Source: Mobula hypostoma (lineage: Eukaryota). Taken from it: DNA of 64,000 bases. The first letter of the stretch is position 1. Every line of letters begins with the position of its first letter. The DNA is taken from assembly GCF_963921235.1 (NCBI RefSeq), contig NC_086118.1, positions 17,796,001 to 17,860,000 on the forward strand. The letters run 5' to 3'. The notes beneath the pieces are model-generated. The model worked only from the letters and a program-made list of their open reading frames with translations, was not told where the DNA came from and ran no database searches. Positions 52,790 to 64,000 of the stretch are shown here, in pieces. The translations under genes and the position numbers were made by a program.

Positions 52790-53389
52790 GCTAGACCACT
52801 CATGCCTTGTGCATAATGCACTGCATTTCATGTTACTGATCCGACTGTTGTGAGTAAAATTTGAGAGGCAGGCTTGTCTCCAGGAGTGTATTGTGACATT
52901 TCTAATGCATTTAATAAGAACCAAGATAACAACAGATGGTGAAATGTGGATAGAACTGGATAAAATAATGTGGGATGAGAGTCATATGGAGTATTAATGT
53001 CTGAACAAATCAGTGAAGCTAAATAGTCCTCTGTACTGTAAATTCTGTGTAATATTAGTAGTTACTGTTATGATCAAAATTTACGAATGACTCAGGATAA
53101 GTCCATAAACATCACTGTTTTTTTGTGCTGCTGCTGGGCACTGGAGCTTTAGTTTGCAATGCTACAGATTCTGGGTAGTATGTGATCTTTGTGTTTTCAA
53201 TAAACAAAAGAAAACGTGAGGCAAAGCTGAAAGGAATAACACAATGAAGTGTGCAGCTTCCTGTGCTGGGATGAATATACTTGATTAAGAACTCTTGGGT
53301 GCCTATTCCCTGATTCTGTTTAATATCAGGGTGATCACTCGTTTGATTTTTAGATTTGGACATTTGATCATAAAAATTGACTAATTGTC

Positions 53390-53545
53390 AAAGCACAGGA
53401 TATTCTGCAGATGCCAAAACAACACAAACAAAATGCTGGAGGAACTCAGCAAGTCAGGTAGTATCTATGGAAATGAATAGATAGTTGAAGTTTCAGGCAG
53501 AGACCCTTCTTTAGGACTGAGAAGGAAGGGGGAAGATGCCAGAAT
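53390..53545 (-). repeat. Penelope-type terminal-repeat fragment with a degenerate hammerhead motif
   Basis: Reverse strand cagtcCTAAAGAagggtctctgcctGAAACttcaact. Confidence 0.7.
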
Positions 53546-54744
53546 AACATTTCAGCAATAGCATTCCAATTTTAAAAGGGTAATGGGCTAGGCTTTCTTA
53601 CACTTTCTTGCCTTAACCTATTTGTTGACAGTATTAATAGGTCAGTACTGACAATACACAAGCTCAGATATGCCTATTGTCAAAACATTTATTACTTAAT
53701 TGAGGGGTTTAGGGAAAGCCTGAGAAGCTCAGTTAAACACCTTCAAGCGTTACTTAAAGGAAGAAATAATCTTGAGGTTTATTCCTCAGATAGAGATATC
53801 TGATTGATGTCTTTAATGTTTCTGAGTCAAATAATGGAATTTTATAGTAGTGTGACAGTCAGCAATAAACTTTCAATTATTTATTTATATGCATCAAAGC
53901 TGTAAATTTTTCTGTGAGACTCTTGGCAGAGCAGTATATTCTTCTGGAAATAATGAAGCAGTTGAAGTAAATAATCCACACAACGTCCTTTCTTCTTACT
54001 CGTCTGTCTTTATATTGATACTGGCCTTAAATAAGTTGTGAGATCTGGAGGAATCTATATAAGGCAGGTGTTTCCTAGCAATTCTCAGTGCGTGTTAACT
54101 CAGTGTATCCCCTTACAGTTGGATTAATCTTGCTGGAAACCCCATTTGACTGTGTTCTTATGTTCGTTACACTTAAGAAAAAAATGATTAAGGAAGCTTG
54201 AGTAGATATAATGTTGCATGTATAAAAATGGATCTGCTGCTGCTCTCAGGTGAAAAGTTTTTTTTATGTAAAAGGAACAGCTACTTAGTGTACTGAACTG
54301 GTGCCATTTTGCTGTGGTCTGAAATCAACCATTTCCATTCCCCAAAGTACATTTGAAATATTCTACTCTTTATTAATGCAATTCATTTGTGCTTTTGGGA
54401 AATAATGTATTCAGCATTCAAGTGCCTCAAAAACGCTCTTTGCAGTGACTGTCTTATCAGCGAATCTCATTAAGTGGTGACTCAGCCAGTTGGTGTTTCT
54501 CTAGGAGTCCGTTAAATTTTACAGAGGCTAAAAGGCAATTCCATTTAAGTAAATCAAACCTGCATTTCATAAGTAGAATATGCCTGGTGGTCCTTAATAC
54601 AGCCAATGTACTCTTAGTATAATAACAGCGACGTATTTTGTCCAGTGTAAGATAGGATAAAAGTTGGTGGTTATTCCACAATACAGATTTTTTTTTTTAC
54701 CAAGTTTTCTGTTTGATAATACAGTGTATGAGAAAAGGGTTCAT

Positions 54745-56480
54745 CATTCAATAACAACAGGGGATGCAATGGCAGATGAACTAAATGAGTATTTTGCATC
54801 ATTCTTCACCGTGGAAGACACAAGCAGTGTGCCAGGTATTGAAGGGTGTGAGGGAATAGAAGTGAGTGCAGTTACTATTACAAGGGAGAAAGTACTTAAA
54901 AAGTTGAAAGACCTAAAGGCATATAAGTCATCCAGACCAGATAAACTGCACATTTGGGTTCTGAAAAAGGTAGCAATAGAGATTATGGAGGCACTTGCAA
55001 TGATCTTACAAGAATCATTGGACTCTGGCATGGTTCCAGAGGACTGGAAAATTGTAAATGTCACTCCACTCTTTAAGAAAGGAGGGAGTCAGCAGAAAGG
55101 AAATTATAGATTAGATAGCCTGACGTCAGTGGTTGGGAAGTTGTTGGAGTCAATTGTTAAGGATGAGGTTATAGAGTACTTGGTGACTCAAGACCAAATA
55201 GGACAAAGTCAGCATGGTTTCTTCAAGGGGAAATCTTGCCTGATGTAACTGTTGGAATTCTTTGAGGCGATTACAAGTAGGATAGATAAAGGGGATGCAA
55301 TAGTTGTTGTATATTTGAAATTTCAGAAGATCTTTGACAATTGATCCACAGATTGAATCTGTTTACGAAGTTAAGAGCGCATGCTATTACAGGAAAGTTA
55401 CCAACATGGTTAGAGCATTGGCTGATCGGTAGGAGGCAGCAAGCGTGAATAAAAGGATCCTTTTCTGGTTGACTGCCAGTGACTATTGGTATTCTGCGGG
55501 AGTCATTGCTGGAACCGCTTCTTTTTATGCTGTACATCAATGATTTTGATGTTGAAATAGATGGCTTTGTTGCCAAGTTTGCAGATGATACAAAGATTGG
55601 CAAAGGGGAGGTAGTGTTGAGAAAACAGGAAGGCTGCAGAAGGACTTAGATTAGGAGAGTGAGCAAGAAAGTGTGAAATGAAATACAATGTTAGAAAACA
55701 TATGATCATGCACTTTGGTAGAAGAAATAAATGTGCAGACTATTTTCAAAATGGGGAGAAAATCCAAAAATCTGAGAAGCATACAGACTTGGGAGTCCTT
55801 AGGCAGAACACCATAAAGGTTAACTTTCAGGTTGAGTTGGTGATGAGGAAGGCAAATAAAATATTAGCATTCATTTCAAGAGGTCCAGAATATAAGAGGA
55901 TGTGATGCTGAAACTTTATAAGGCACTGGTGAGGCATCACCTTGAGTATTGTGAATAGTTTTGGGCTCCTTATCTAAGAAATGAGAAGGTTCAGAGGAGG
56001 TTCACAAAGATGATTCTGAGAATGAAAGGGTTATCATATGAGGAGCATTTGATGGCTCACAGCCTGTACTCACTGGAATTTAGAAGGATGAGGGTGGATC
56101 TTAATGAAATCTTTTGAATGTTGAAAGACCTAGACAGAGTAGATGTGGAAATGATGTTTCCCATAGTGGGGGAGTCTAGGACAAGAGGGCACAGCCTCAG
56201 GATAGAAAAATGTCCATTTTAAACAGAGATGCGTTGAAATGTCTTTAGCCAGAGGGTGGTGAATTTGTTGAATTTATTACCACAGGCAGCTGTGGAAACC
56301 AGGTCATTGAGTGTGTTTAAGACAGAGTTTGATAAGTGCTTGATTGACCATGCATCAAAGGCTACGGGGAGAAGGTCGGAGAGTGGGGCTGAGGAGGGGA
56401 AAACAGGATTGAATGGCGGAGCAGACTTGATGGGTGAAGTGGCCTAATTCTGCTCCTATGTCTTATGGTCTTGTGATCTT
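54745..56480 (+). mobile_element. CR1 LINE, ORF2 linker to 3' end, decayed
   Basis: MADELNEYFASFFT..PEDWKIVNVTPLFKKG..SQHGFFKGKSCL; AKFADDTK; tail tcttatggtctt. Confidence 0.92.
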
Positions 56481-58815
56481 GTTTTGACCACTTTCTCATT
56501 CCTACATAATGTGTGGTCTTATTTGCAAACTGTACATTTGCAAACAGCCATCATTTGGTTTAAATTGTGGTCATCTGTGTTCTTCCTTGTCTGGATTTTA
56601 TCACCACAGCTTTCTCCTTAGCTGGTCTTCTAGGCATTTTCTAGTGCCCACTAACTCAATGAAAAGGATCTGCTGTGGAAGGATACACACTTGGCTGCAC
56701 AGAAAACGAGGAAATCCATGTGAAGCTACCAAATGGAGGGCAGGGGCGAATCATGGTCTTTTGTTTATATGTTGAGACAATACAAACTTATCACTGATTA
56801 AAGTACCAGGATAATGGGATCAAATCAAAGGCAGAAGATTGCAGTGCTGCTTGCCAGCCAGACATCAGTTTTCTGAGTTCATCTTTAGCTGTTCTTTCAG
56901 CCCCAGACCATTTTATAGTTTCGCACATCTTCTCTGCAGTTTCCCTGACACATAACTGTTTCAAGTTCTGAATCTTTTTATTGTCCTCGAGCTTTGTTTC
57001 ACTGTGTCAGAATAAACCAAAGAACAAGATGTAAAATAGACAGAGCCAACTGGAGAGCCCATGAAATGGCCAAAGCACAGTAGCAGGCCCTGAACGGAAC
57101 AAAAGAAGGAACATCACCGAGAGCTCAAATGGGTAAAAATACCCAGAAATAATGATTCAACCAATAGGAAATATAAACTGAGAGGATGTTAAAGAACAGA
57201 GGTGAAATTTGAAAGTGCCAGCTATTGCTCTTTATTGAGTTGTCGTCATTCAAAGCTGTAAGACCTATAATGAAAATCACAGCATGTACCTTACACCAGA
57301 AACACAACAATAATTTAACAGTACTTTCTACTCTTTTAGGTGTAATAACACCATAAGTATCAGGCTGGGAACTTTTCATTGCAGAATAATTTTGCAGAGT
57401 TATGAAAATCTAATGTGAAACCATCTGTTGTTTTGTCATATTTCTTCTGTTCAGCATATTTACATTATAATAGCTAGGACCTCCTGAACTCTCAACAAAA
57501 TGTTGGCATATGAGTATTATGTTTCCATAGGCAGATTATTTTAAACGGTTCACAAGTTAGCAGAATTGTATCACTAGAATTGCTCTCCATTCATCTCTGC
57601 TAACCATCTACCTTTTCTTCTACAGTGTAAGGTAAAATCAGATGCAGTTCATGCTCACAGTCCAGTGACCTTTGCTGATCCTCGGATGATAGGATCAGAA
57701 CACATTCCTGATGCCTATTATGTTTTAGCAGCTTCTGACAAGTAGTCCAAGCCTGTCTGTGAATACATGACTAATGCAAGATATTGCCACTCAGCCAGCA
57801 TCAACATGAGCAGGCAACTAAAGGGGAAAAAAAGAACATTTTTGATGGCTGCCATGATTCACATAACATACTTGATAATAGAAGAGAACATTTTGGCAGA
57901 AAGATCACTTAGGTGTCTTGGGCAGTGACAAGCAACATGTTGTCAAATAGAACCTATTTACAAACTCACTGAACACAGCAAATAGAGCAGTAGGGAAAAG
58001 TAGAATGGTTTCATGTGGATGTTTATTGTTCCTGCTGCAAAGGGGCTGGACTTAACTCTTTATCAGCTTGAAAGGCACAACACTAAACAATACCTGGCCT
58101 TGTTTTGGATTTTCTAATTGTTAATTGGCATACCATTGCCATTCACTATTGAAAGAAGAAGTCAGAGCTTTATTTTGATTTCTTGGGAGCCAAATAAGGA
58201 ACGAAGGATTGAAATTATACGGTACTAAATATTAGTGGTCCAAAACTCTACTGTAATTATAATGGAAGCTGTGGGGAAATAGAACAAGTGACTGAAAATA
58301 CTGCCCCTTGTGTCTTTATTTATGCTGAGGGGCTGGATAATAATTGAATAGTAGAGACTAAATTTAACAGAAACTGAAGCAATGTATGTGAGACAATGGA
58401 TCAGATGGTTGTCATCTCCATTCACAGGCATAAGTTCATCATCTTACCAGGAGGTAGTTGAAGAACCCGTCTTGGGCTATATTATTTCCCCCTTTTTTTC
58501 CTTCTTTCTCAGCATTTCACTGATGTCATTGTCATTCATTTTGCACGTGTGGAAAATGCACGTGACAATTCTATAATTGTCATTAATAGAAGTTTATGGT
58601 AAGTTATTTATGTCCTCACAATGTTCTTTGCTAATGCAAAAAACTAATTTTTCTGACCTTTACATCCTGTGTAAAGATGCCTGTAACAACAATAAACTTG
58701 GACTAGTCTTAACACCATAAACACAGAGAAACATGTTGATAACTCAGCTCCATGGTCGTGCCATTGTTCAAATCTCATACTTTCTTCAGTGATAGTCGCT
58801 GTTTATCTTTTGCAG

Positions 58816-58981
58816 CTGTACTGGAAAAGCCTCTTGAGAAGAAGGCTGGCAGGAACTACGGGCCACCTGGCACAAAGAAACTGGTCTACTTCATTGATGA
58901 CATGAACATGCCTGAAGTTGACACTTATGGCACTGTTCAACCACACACACTTATCAGGCAACATTTGGACTACGGTCACTG
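58816..58981 (+). CDS. DNAH9: Dynein heavy chain exon K (AAA3 Walker B, VYFIDD)
   Basis: ttttgcag|CT GTA...CAC TG|gtaggc; (A)[54 protein letters not shown](W). Confidence 0.97.
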
Positions 58982-59489
58982 GTAGGCAGTAATTAACCAC
59001 TTGTGTCTTTGTAGATCATAAGAAGTGGAACATGCTCTTCTTTTAGGATGGTACAAACTGTTTGATAGTGAATTCGCAGAGAATTGTAAACTTTGCTCAA
59101 AGTTAAGTCTAATATAGACTGCCAGTTTGCCTCACTATCATCTGTTCATTTTCCACATAGGATAAATAACATCCCAGCTCTTAGCGCTACTCAAGCTGAA
59201 GGTTACCAGCAATTTCTAACTACAGCATTTTATTTTTGTTTCTATTGAAGTTCCTTAGTATTCCTTCCATTCCTTAAAGTCTTATGTGTCCCATGTTGCC
59301 TGATAGTCCCTACCCTCCTTGAAATCTGACAGATTTGGGTTCAAGCTTACATAATTCAATTCAGGATTTCATAATTTGACCAGATAATCAAGATCAACAT
59401 GTGAATAAAATATTGAGGAATTTGAGGAATCTTTGACAATGCTAACATTTGAACATGATATCAAACTTCAAACAACAAGCTGGACCTTA

Positions 59490-59945
59490 GTACAGTGGGC
59501 AGCCAGTCGTGTTGCTACTTCACAGCTCTTGAACCTCAAATTCAAACCTGCCCTTGGGTGCTGTGTCTGTTTGGAGTTTGCTCCTCGTCTCAATGAACAC
59601 ATGGTCTGGATTTTCAGCATCTGCAGATTAAGGAAGCTTGAGTAGATATAATGTTGCATATGTAAAAATGGATCTTCTGCTGCTCTCTCAAGTGAAAAGT
59701 TTTTTAATGTAAAAACTTTAATGTAAAATTCCATATCCCAAAGATGTGTGGATTGTTAGGTTAATAGGCCATGGTAAATCCCCCTTAGTATATAGGTAAA
59801 TGACAGAATGCAGAGGGAGCTGATTGGAATGTGAGGAGAATAGATTGCAGAGAAAATTAGTGGGAGAAATGAGATAGCTATACAAGCTGGCAGATTCACA
59901 ATAGGTTTAAATAACTTCCCTCCATATTGTAAGGAGATATGAAAA
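59490..59945 (+). mobile_element. HE1-like SINE with a foreign internal insert
   Basis: SINE head (ggtgctgtgtctgtttggagtttgc) and body (cccaaagatgtgtggattgttaggttaat) separated by a copy of 54186-54273. Confidence 0.6.
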
Positions 59946-60744
59946 CAAGGAATTGTGCTGTCTGGCAAATATTTCATTGTGTTCCATCACATGGAGGCAG
60001 CAGTGGTACCTGGTGATGTCAGCATTCCCTGACCTGTGCTGGGGAATCTGCTTTCCCAATCCTACAATGCCAGGTCTAATGCACGGCTTTAACATCTTCG
60101 AGTTGGTACTCCCATCGCAAGCAAGAGGGGAAATGTAAGTTATTTTTGGTACCATCTTCTACTTCAATATGTTAAAACATTTTTACTGTTCAAATGACTT
60201 TTAAAATATATAAGTATTACACTCTAATTGCATTCACTTTATTACATTTTAATTATTTACAGCAAACTTTTCAACTAAATATTAGAAATAGTAAACAGTG
60301 TAAAATTGTCTCAGAGATTTTGACAGGAATTGAGACTCCACTCCCAGCTTTTTTCTCTTTCAAATGATGTCAAGTTATTTTAGGGACCAGACCTCAGCAC
60401 AATACCATTTTAGATCTTGTTACATCTTTCCAGATGCTGCTGAGTATAGATGATCAGTTTTATCTTCCCTGTGAATTCAGTCTGGATAAGTATGGACCGG
60501 TTTCATAGGCTTCATTTAAATGTTAAATCCTAAATAATAGCTACGTTTTATGTAATTTTCATTTGAACATTCATTTGGATGGTTCTAACTAATATGTTAC
60601 AGTAAGTATTAGCTAAAATATACCTAAAACTTTCTTATAAATTGTAATAGGGAGTTGATTGATAAATCTGGTACTTTAAGTACCATTTGAATCTTATCAG
60701 GTTTATAAATCACACAAAAAGTCTTCCAGCCATACAAGCCCACT

Positions 60745-62698
60745 GAAATATATCCAATAATAACAGGAATTACAGGGAAGATTCTAGCATGGATAAAGCA
60801 GTGGCTGACGGTAGGAGGCAAAGGGGGGGAATAAAACGCAAACAACAGGAATTCTGCAGATGCTGGAAATTCAAGCAACACACATCAAAGTTGCTGGTGA
60901 ACGCAGCAGGCCAGGCAGCATCTCTAGGAAGAGGTACAGTCGACGTTTCAGGCCGAGACCCTTCGTCAGGTTAAATAAATAGGTTTTGATCTGAGGTTTA
61001 AAAGTATCAACTGAATCTGCATCCCTTATAGAGGGATCAGAAGTAGAGAGAGTGAGCAGCTTCAAATTCCAGGGTGTCAAGATCTCTGAGGGTCTAACCT
61101 GGTCCCAGCATATTGATAGTGAACGCAGCAGTAACTTTGATGTGTGTTGTTAGGGGTAATAAAAGGAGCCTTTTGTAGTTGGCTGCCAGTGACTAGTGGT
61201 GTTCCACAGGGGTCTGTGTTGGGACCAATTCTTTTTACGATATGTTAATGATTTGAATTTGAATTTATTTAAATTTTGCATCTATCCCACAACGTGAGGG
61301 AATAAAAATCTTTGCATTATGACTCTGTCACAATGTACAGGCATGAATTTGTTAGTCTAGTGGCTTGTAGAAAGAAGCTGTCCTGTAGCCTTTTAGCCCT
61401 AGCTTTAATGCTGCGGTACCATTTGCCAGACAGAAACAGCTAAAACAGTTTTTGGTTGGGGTGACTGGTGTCCATGATGATCTTCCAGGCCTTCTTTCTG
61501 CACCTGCTGCTGTAAGTATCCTCAGTAGAGGGAAGATCATGTCTACAGATGCACTGGGCTGTCTGTACCACTCTCTGATGCGCCCGTGATCAAGGTTGGT
61601 GCAATTCCTGTACCAGGTGGTGATACCACCAGTCAGGATGCTCTCAGTGGTGCCTCTGTAGAAGATCTTGAGGATTTGGGGGCTCATGCCAATCTTCTCC
61701 AGTCACTTGAGGTGAAGTGACTCTTGTGCTTTTTGATGATGGAATTGATGGCTTTGTTGCAATGTCTGCAGACGATATAAAGATAGGTGGAGGGGCAGGT
61801 AGTTCTGAGGAAGTAGAGAGGCTACAGAAGGACTTAGACAGATTAGGAAAATGAAGTGGCAGATGGAATACAGTTTTGGGAAATGTATGGTCATGCACTT
61901 TGGTAGAAGAAATGAAAGGATTGACTATTTTCAAAATGGAAAGAAAATACAAAAAAAAAACTGAGGCGCAAAGAGACTTGAAAGTCCTTGTGCACGATTC
62001 CCTAAAGGTTAATTGCAGGAAGAGTCTGTGGTTCTGAAGGCAAATGTGATGTTAGCATTCATTTTAAGAGGACTAGAATATAAAAGCAAGGATGTATTGT
62101 TAAGACTTTATGAAGCACTGGTGAGGCCTCACTTGGAGTATTGTGAACAGATTTGGGCTCCTTTTCTGATAAAGGATGTGTTGAAATGGGAGAGGGTTCA
62201 AAGAATGTTCAGAAAATAATTCTAGGATTGAATGGCTTGTCATATGAAGAGCACTTGACGGCTCTGGGCCCATATTCATTGGAATTCAGAAGAATGAGGG
62301 GTGACCTCTTTGAAACCTATCGAGTGGTGAAAGGTGAGTAGGTGAATGATGAATAGAGTGGACGTGGAGGGGATGTTTCCTATGGAGGGAGAGTCTAAGA
62401 CCAGAGAACAGAGCCTTGGAAGGGGTGTCCTTTTAGAACGGAAATGAGGAATTTCTTTAGCCAGAGAGTGGTGAATCTGTAGAATTTCTTGCCACGGGCA
62501 GCTGAGGGGTCAAGTCTGTATGTATATTTAACGCAGAGATTGATAGATTCTTGATTGGTCAGTGCATGAAGGGATACGGGGGGGAAAGGCAGGAAATTGG
62601 GGCTGAGAGAAAAAAATGAATCAGCCTTGTTGAAGTGGCAGAGCAAACTCAATGGGCCAAATGGCCTAATTCAGCTCCTATGTCTTTATGGTCTTATA
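60745..62698 (+). mobile_element. CR1 RT and 3' end with two nested insertions: a mosaic at about 60837-61152 and a minus-strand Rex-type 3' fragment at about 61252-61732
   Basis: [32 protein letters not shown]; tail tctttatggtcttat; nested ILKIFYRGTTESILTGGITTWY with (tcaaat)n tail. Confidence 0.88.
60936..60970 (-). ncRNA. Minimal type I hammerhead ribozyme core (Penelope-associated), stem I truncated
   Basis: Reverse strand c-CUGACGA-AGG(gucucgg)CCU-GAAAC-GUC-gacugu; core nucleotides intact. Confidence 0.6.
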
Positions 62699-63826
62699 TT
62701 TAAAATTTGGCTTCCCGAGATTAGAATGGGAACTGCATATGGTATTAACCTGCTGAAGATTCGTTTCCCATAGCTTTTTTTCAAAATACAGGTGGTATTG
62801 ACTTGGAATTAAGGTTTTTTTCACAACATTATGTGTAAGTAGATGGGAGTCATTTCACATTAGTATAGTGAAGAGGGAGATTACCCACTTCCCCATATTA
62901 TGAGCATGTGATCAGGTTTCTCTTTATCCATTTTGTTAAGTTGCTTCCTCCAATATAACATTCTTCCAAGAACCAATATTACTAATGTACAAAGAAATTA
63001 ATTATTTGCTTTCCTTCTGACTTTTTTTGCCAGCCCAGTTATAGTGCCCACATCACAAAATATAATTAATTGTTTTGCAAAACAGGTTAGGTTTACAAAT
63101 GTGATACAGTGTTCTACAGATGCAAATTGGATTTGTTTCTTTTCAAGTGATTCATTCATATGACATAAAAAGAATACAGTCCAGTTTTATTTGAAGCTTA
63201 TCACAGTAAATTATGTATTTTGGATATTAGAACAAAATCATTTTTTGGTGAACTCAAGAGTTTTGAGCAAACACTACACCACCATGATCACATGGAAAAG
63301 GACATGAAAATACACAGTGAGTGTTATGTCACACACACTCAAGTTCAAGTTTATTTTGCCAACCAGAACAAGAATGTAAGCCAAATGCTGAAGATGCTGG
63401 AACTCCTTAATGCAAATAAAAAATGCTGAAAATCCTCAGTAGGTCCGGCTGCATTTGTGGAAACAAAAAAATAGTGTCAACATTTCAGGTAAATTACTTT
63501 TTGTTAGTTTACTAACGAAAAGTGATCAAACTAGAATATTAACTCTTTGTTTTCTGTACAGATGCTGCTAATCTTGTTGATATTCCAAGCATATTATTTT
63601 TATGCAGATATGACCAATGCTAACACTGGAAGAGAATTATGTAATTTTATTTTCTATCACAGACGTTGCTCTTCACCAAAAACTTTTAACGGTTGATTTA
63701 AAATTCAGTTGTGATAGTTCTGAGGTTGCTGTGCAAGTGCAATTTCTTCACTCGGATTCTAATTCAGTTTGTTCATTGTGTTGTCATTCAAACTCCTCGG
63801 CATCACTAATTTTAATCTTTTACCAG

Positions 63827-63929
63827 GTATGACCGAACTAAGCTCACACTCAAAGAGATTCATAAGGTGCAGTATGTGTCGTGCATGAATCCCACAGCTG
63901 GCAGTTTCACCATAAACCCTCGCCTACAG
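63827..63929 (+). CDS. DNAH9: Dynein heavy chain exon L
   Basis: ttttaccag|G TAT...CAG|gtacaa; [34 protein letters not shown]. Confidence 0.97.
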
Positions 63930-64000
63930 GTACAAAACAGGAGTTTGTTTTGTTTGTTGTGTACAAAGTAGGTGCAGTGAAGACAGGAGGGTAACAGATC

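Larger units (their letters stand above)
9779..63929 (+). other. DNAH9: Partial multi-exon gene: axonemal outer-arm dynein heavy chain, DNAH9-like (12 internal exons; extends beyond both window ends)
   Basis: Exons of 158/139/288/211/128/109/148/175/174/208/166/103 nt splice at GT-AG sites into a stop-free 669-aa frame with the AAA1 C-part, AAA2 and AAA3 motifs. DNAH9 is preferred over DNAH17/DNAH11 from recalled human segments ([50 protein letters not shown]); a phylogeny is needed to confirm. Confidence 0.85.

Noticed and set aside
9937..63826. Non-canonical or U12 introns, or pseudogenisation of the dynein
   Set aside because: All 11 introns are GT-AG without the GTATCCT U12 donor, phases match and the frame is open; only exon D's donor (gtgtgt) looks weak.
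1..64000. Remaining short ORFs in the six-frame track, and a novel multi-gene system
   Set aside because: They are TE fragments, antisense shadows or chance frames; I could not support any second host gene or gene cluster.

Overview
Vertebrate nuclear DNA, not prokaryotic. The repeat families suggest a cartilaginous fish, probably a ray (inference). The window holds 12 consecutive internal + strand exons (2007 nt, 669 codons) of an outer-arm axonemal dynein heavy chain, best matching DNAH9 from recalled human sequences. They run from the end of AAA1 through AAA2 into AAA3. All introns are GT-AG with compatible phases and the frame stays open. The introns are packed with transposon relics: CR1, Rex/Babar, RTE and Hero LINEs, Penelope-like elements, a Gypsy LTR element, hAT, Tc1/mariner elements and SINEs. 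I found no convincing new multi-gene system. The best leads are: minimal hammerhead-ribozyme motifs in the Penelope-type repeats; a 7.3 kb intron that is about 99% nested Gypsy/CR1/Tc1; hAT elements carrying LINE cargo; a well-preserved Hero REL-endonuclease fragment; a possible intron in a CR1 5'UTR; and three templated-insertion or fold-back scars. Exon coordinates were counted exactly. Most TE boundaries are approximate unless a TIR or TSD is quoted.
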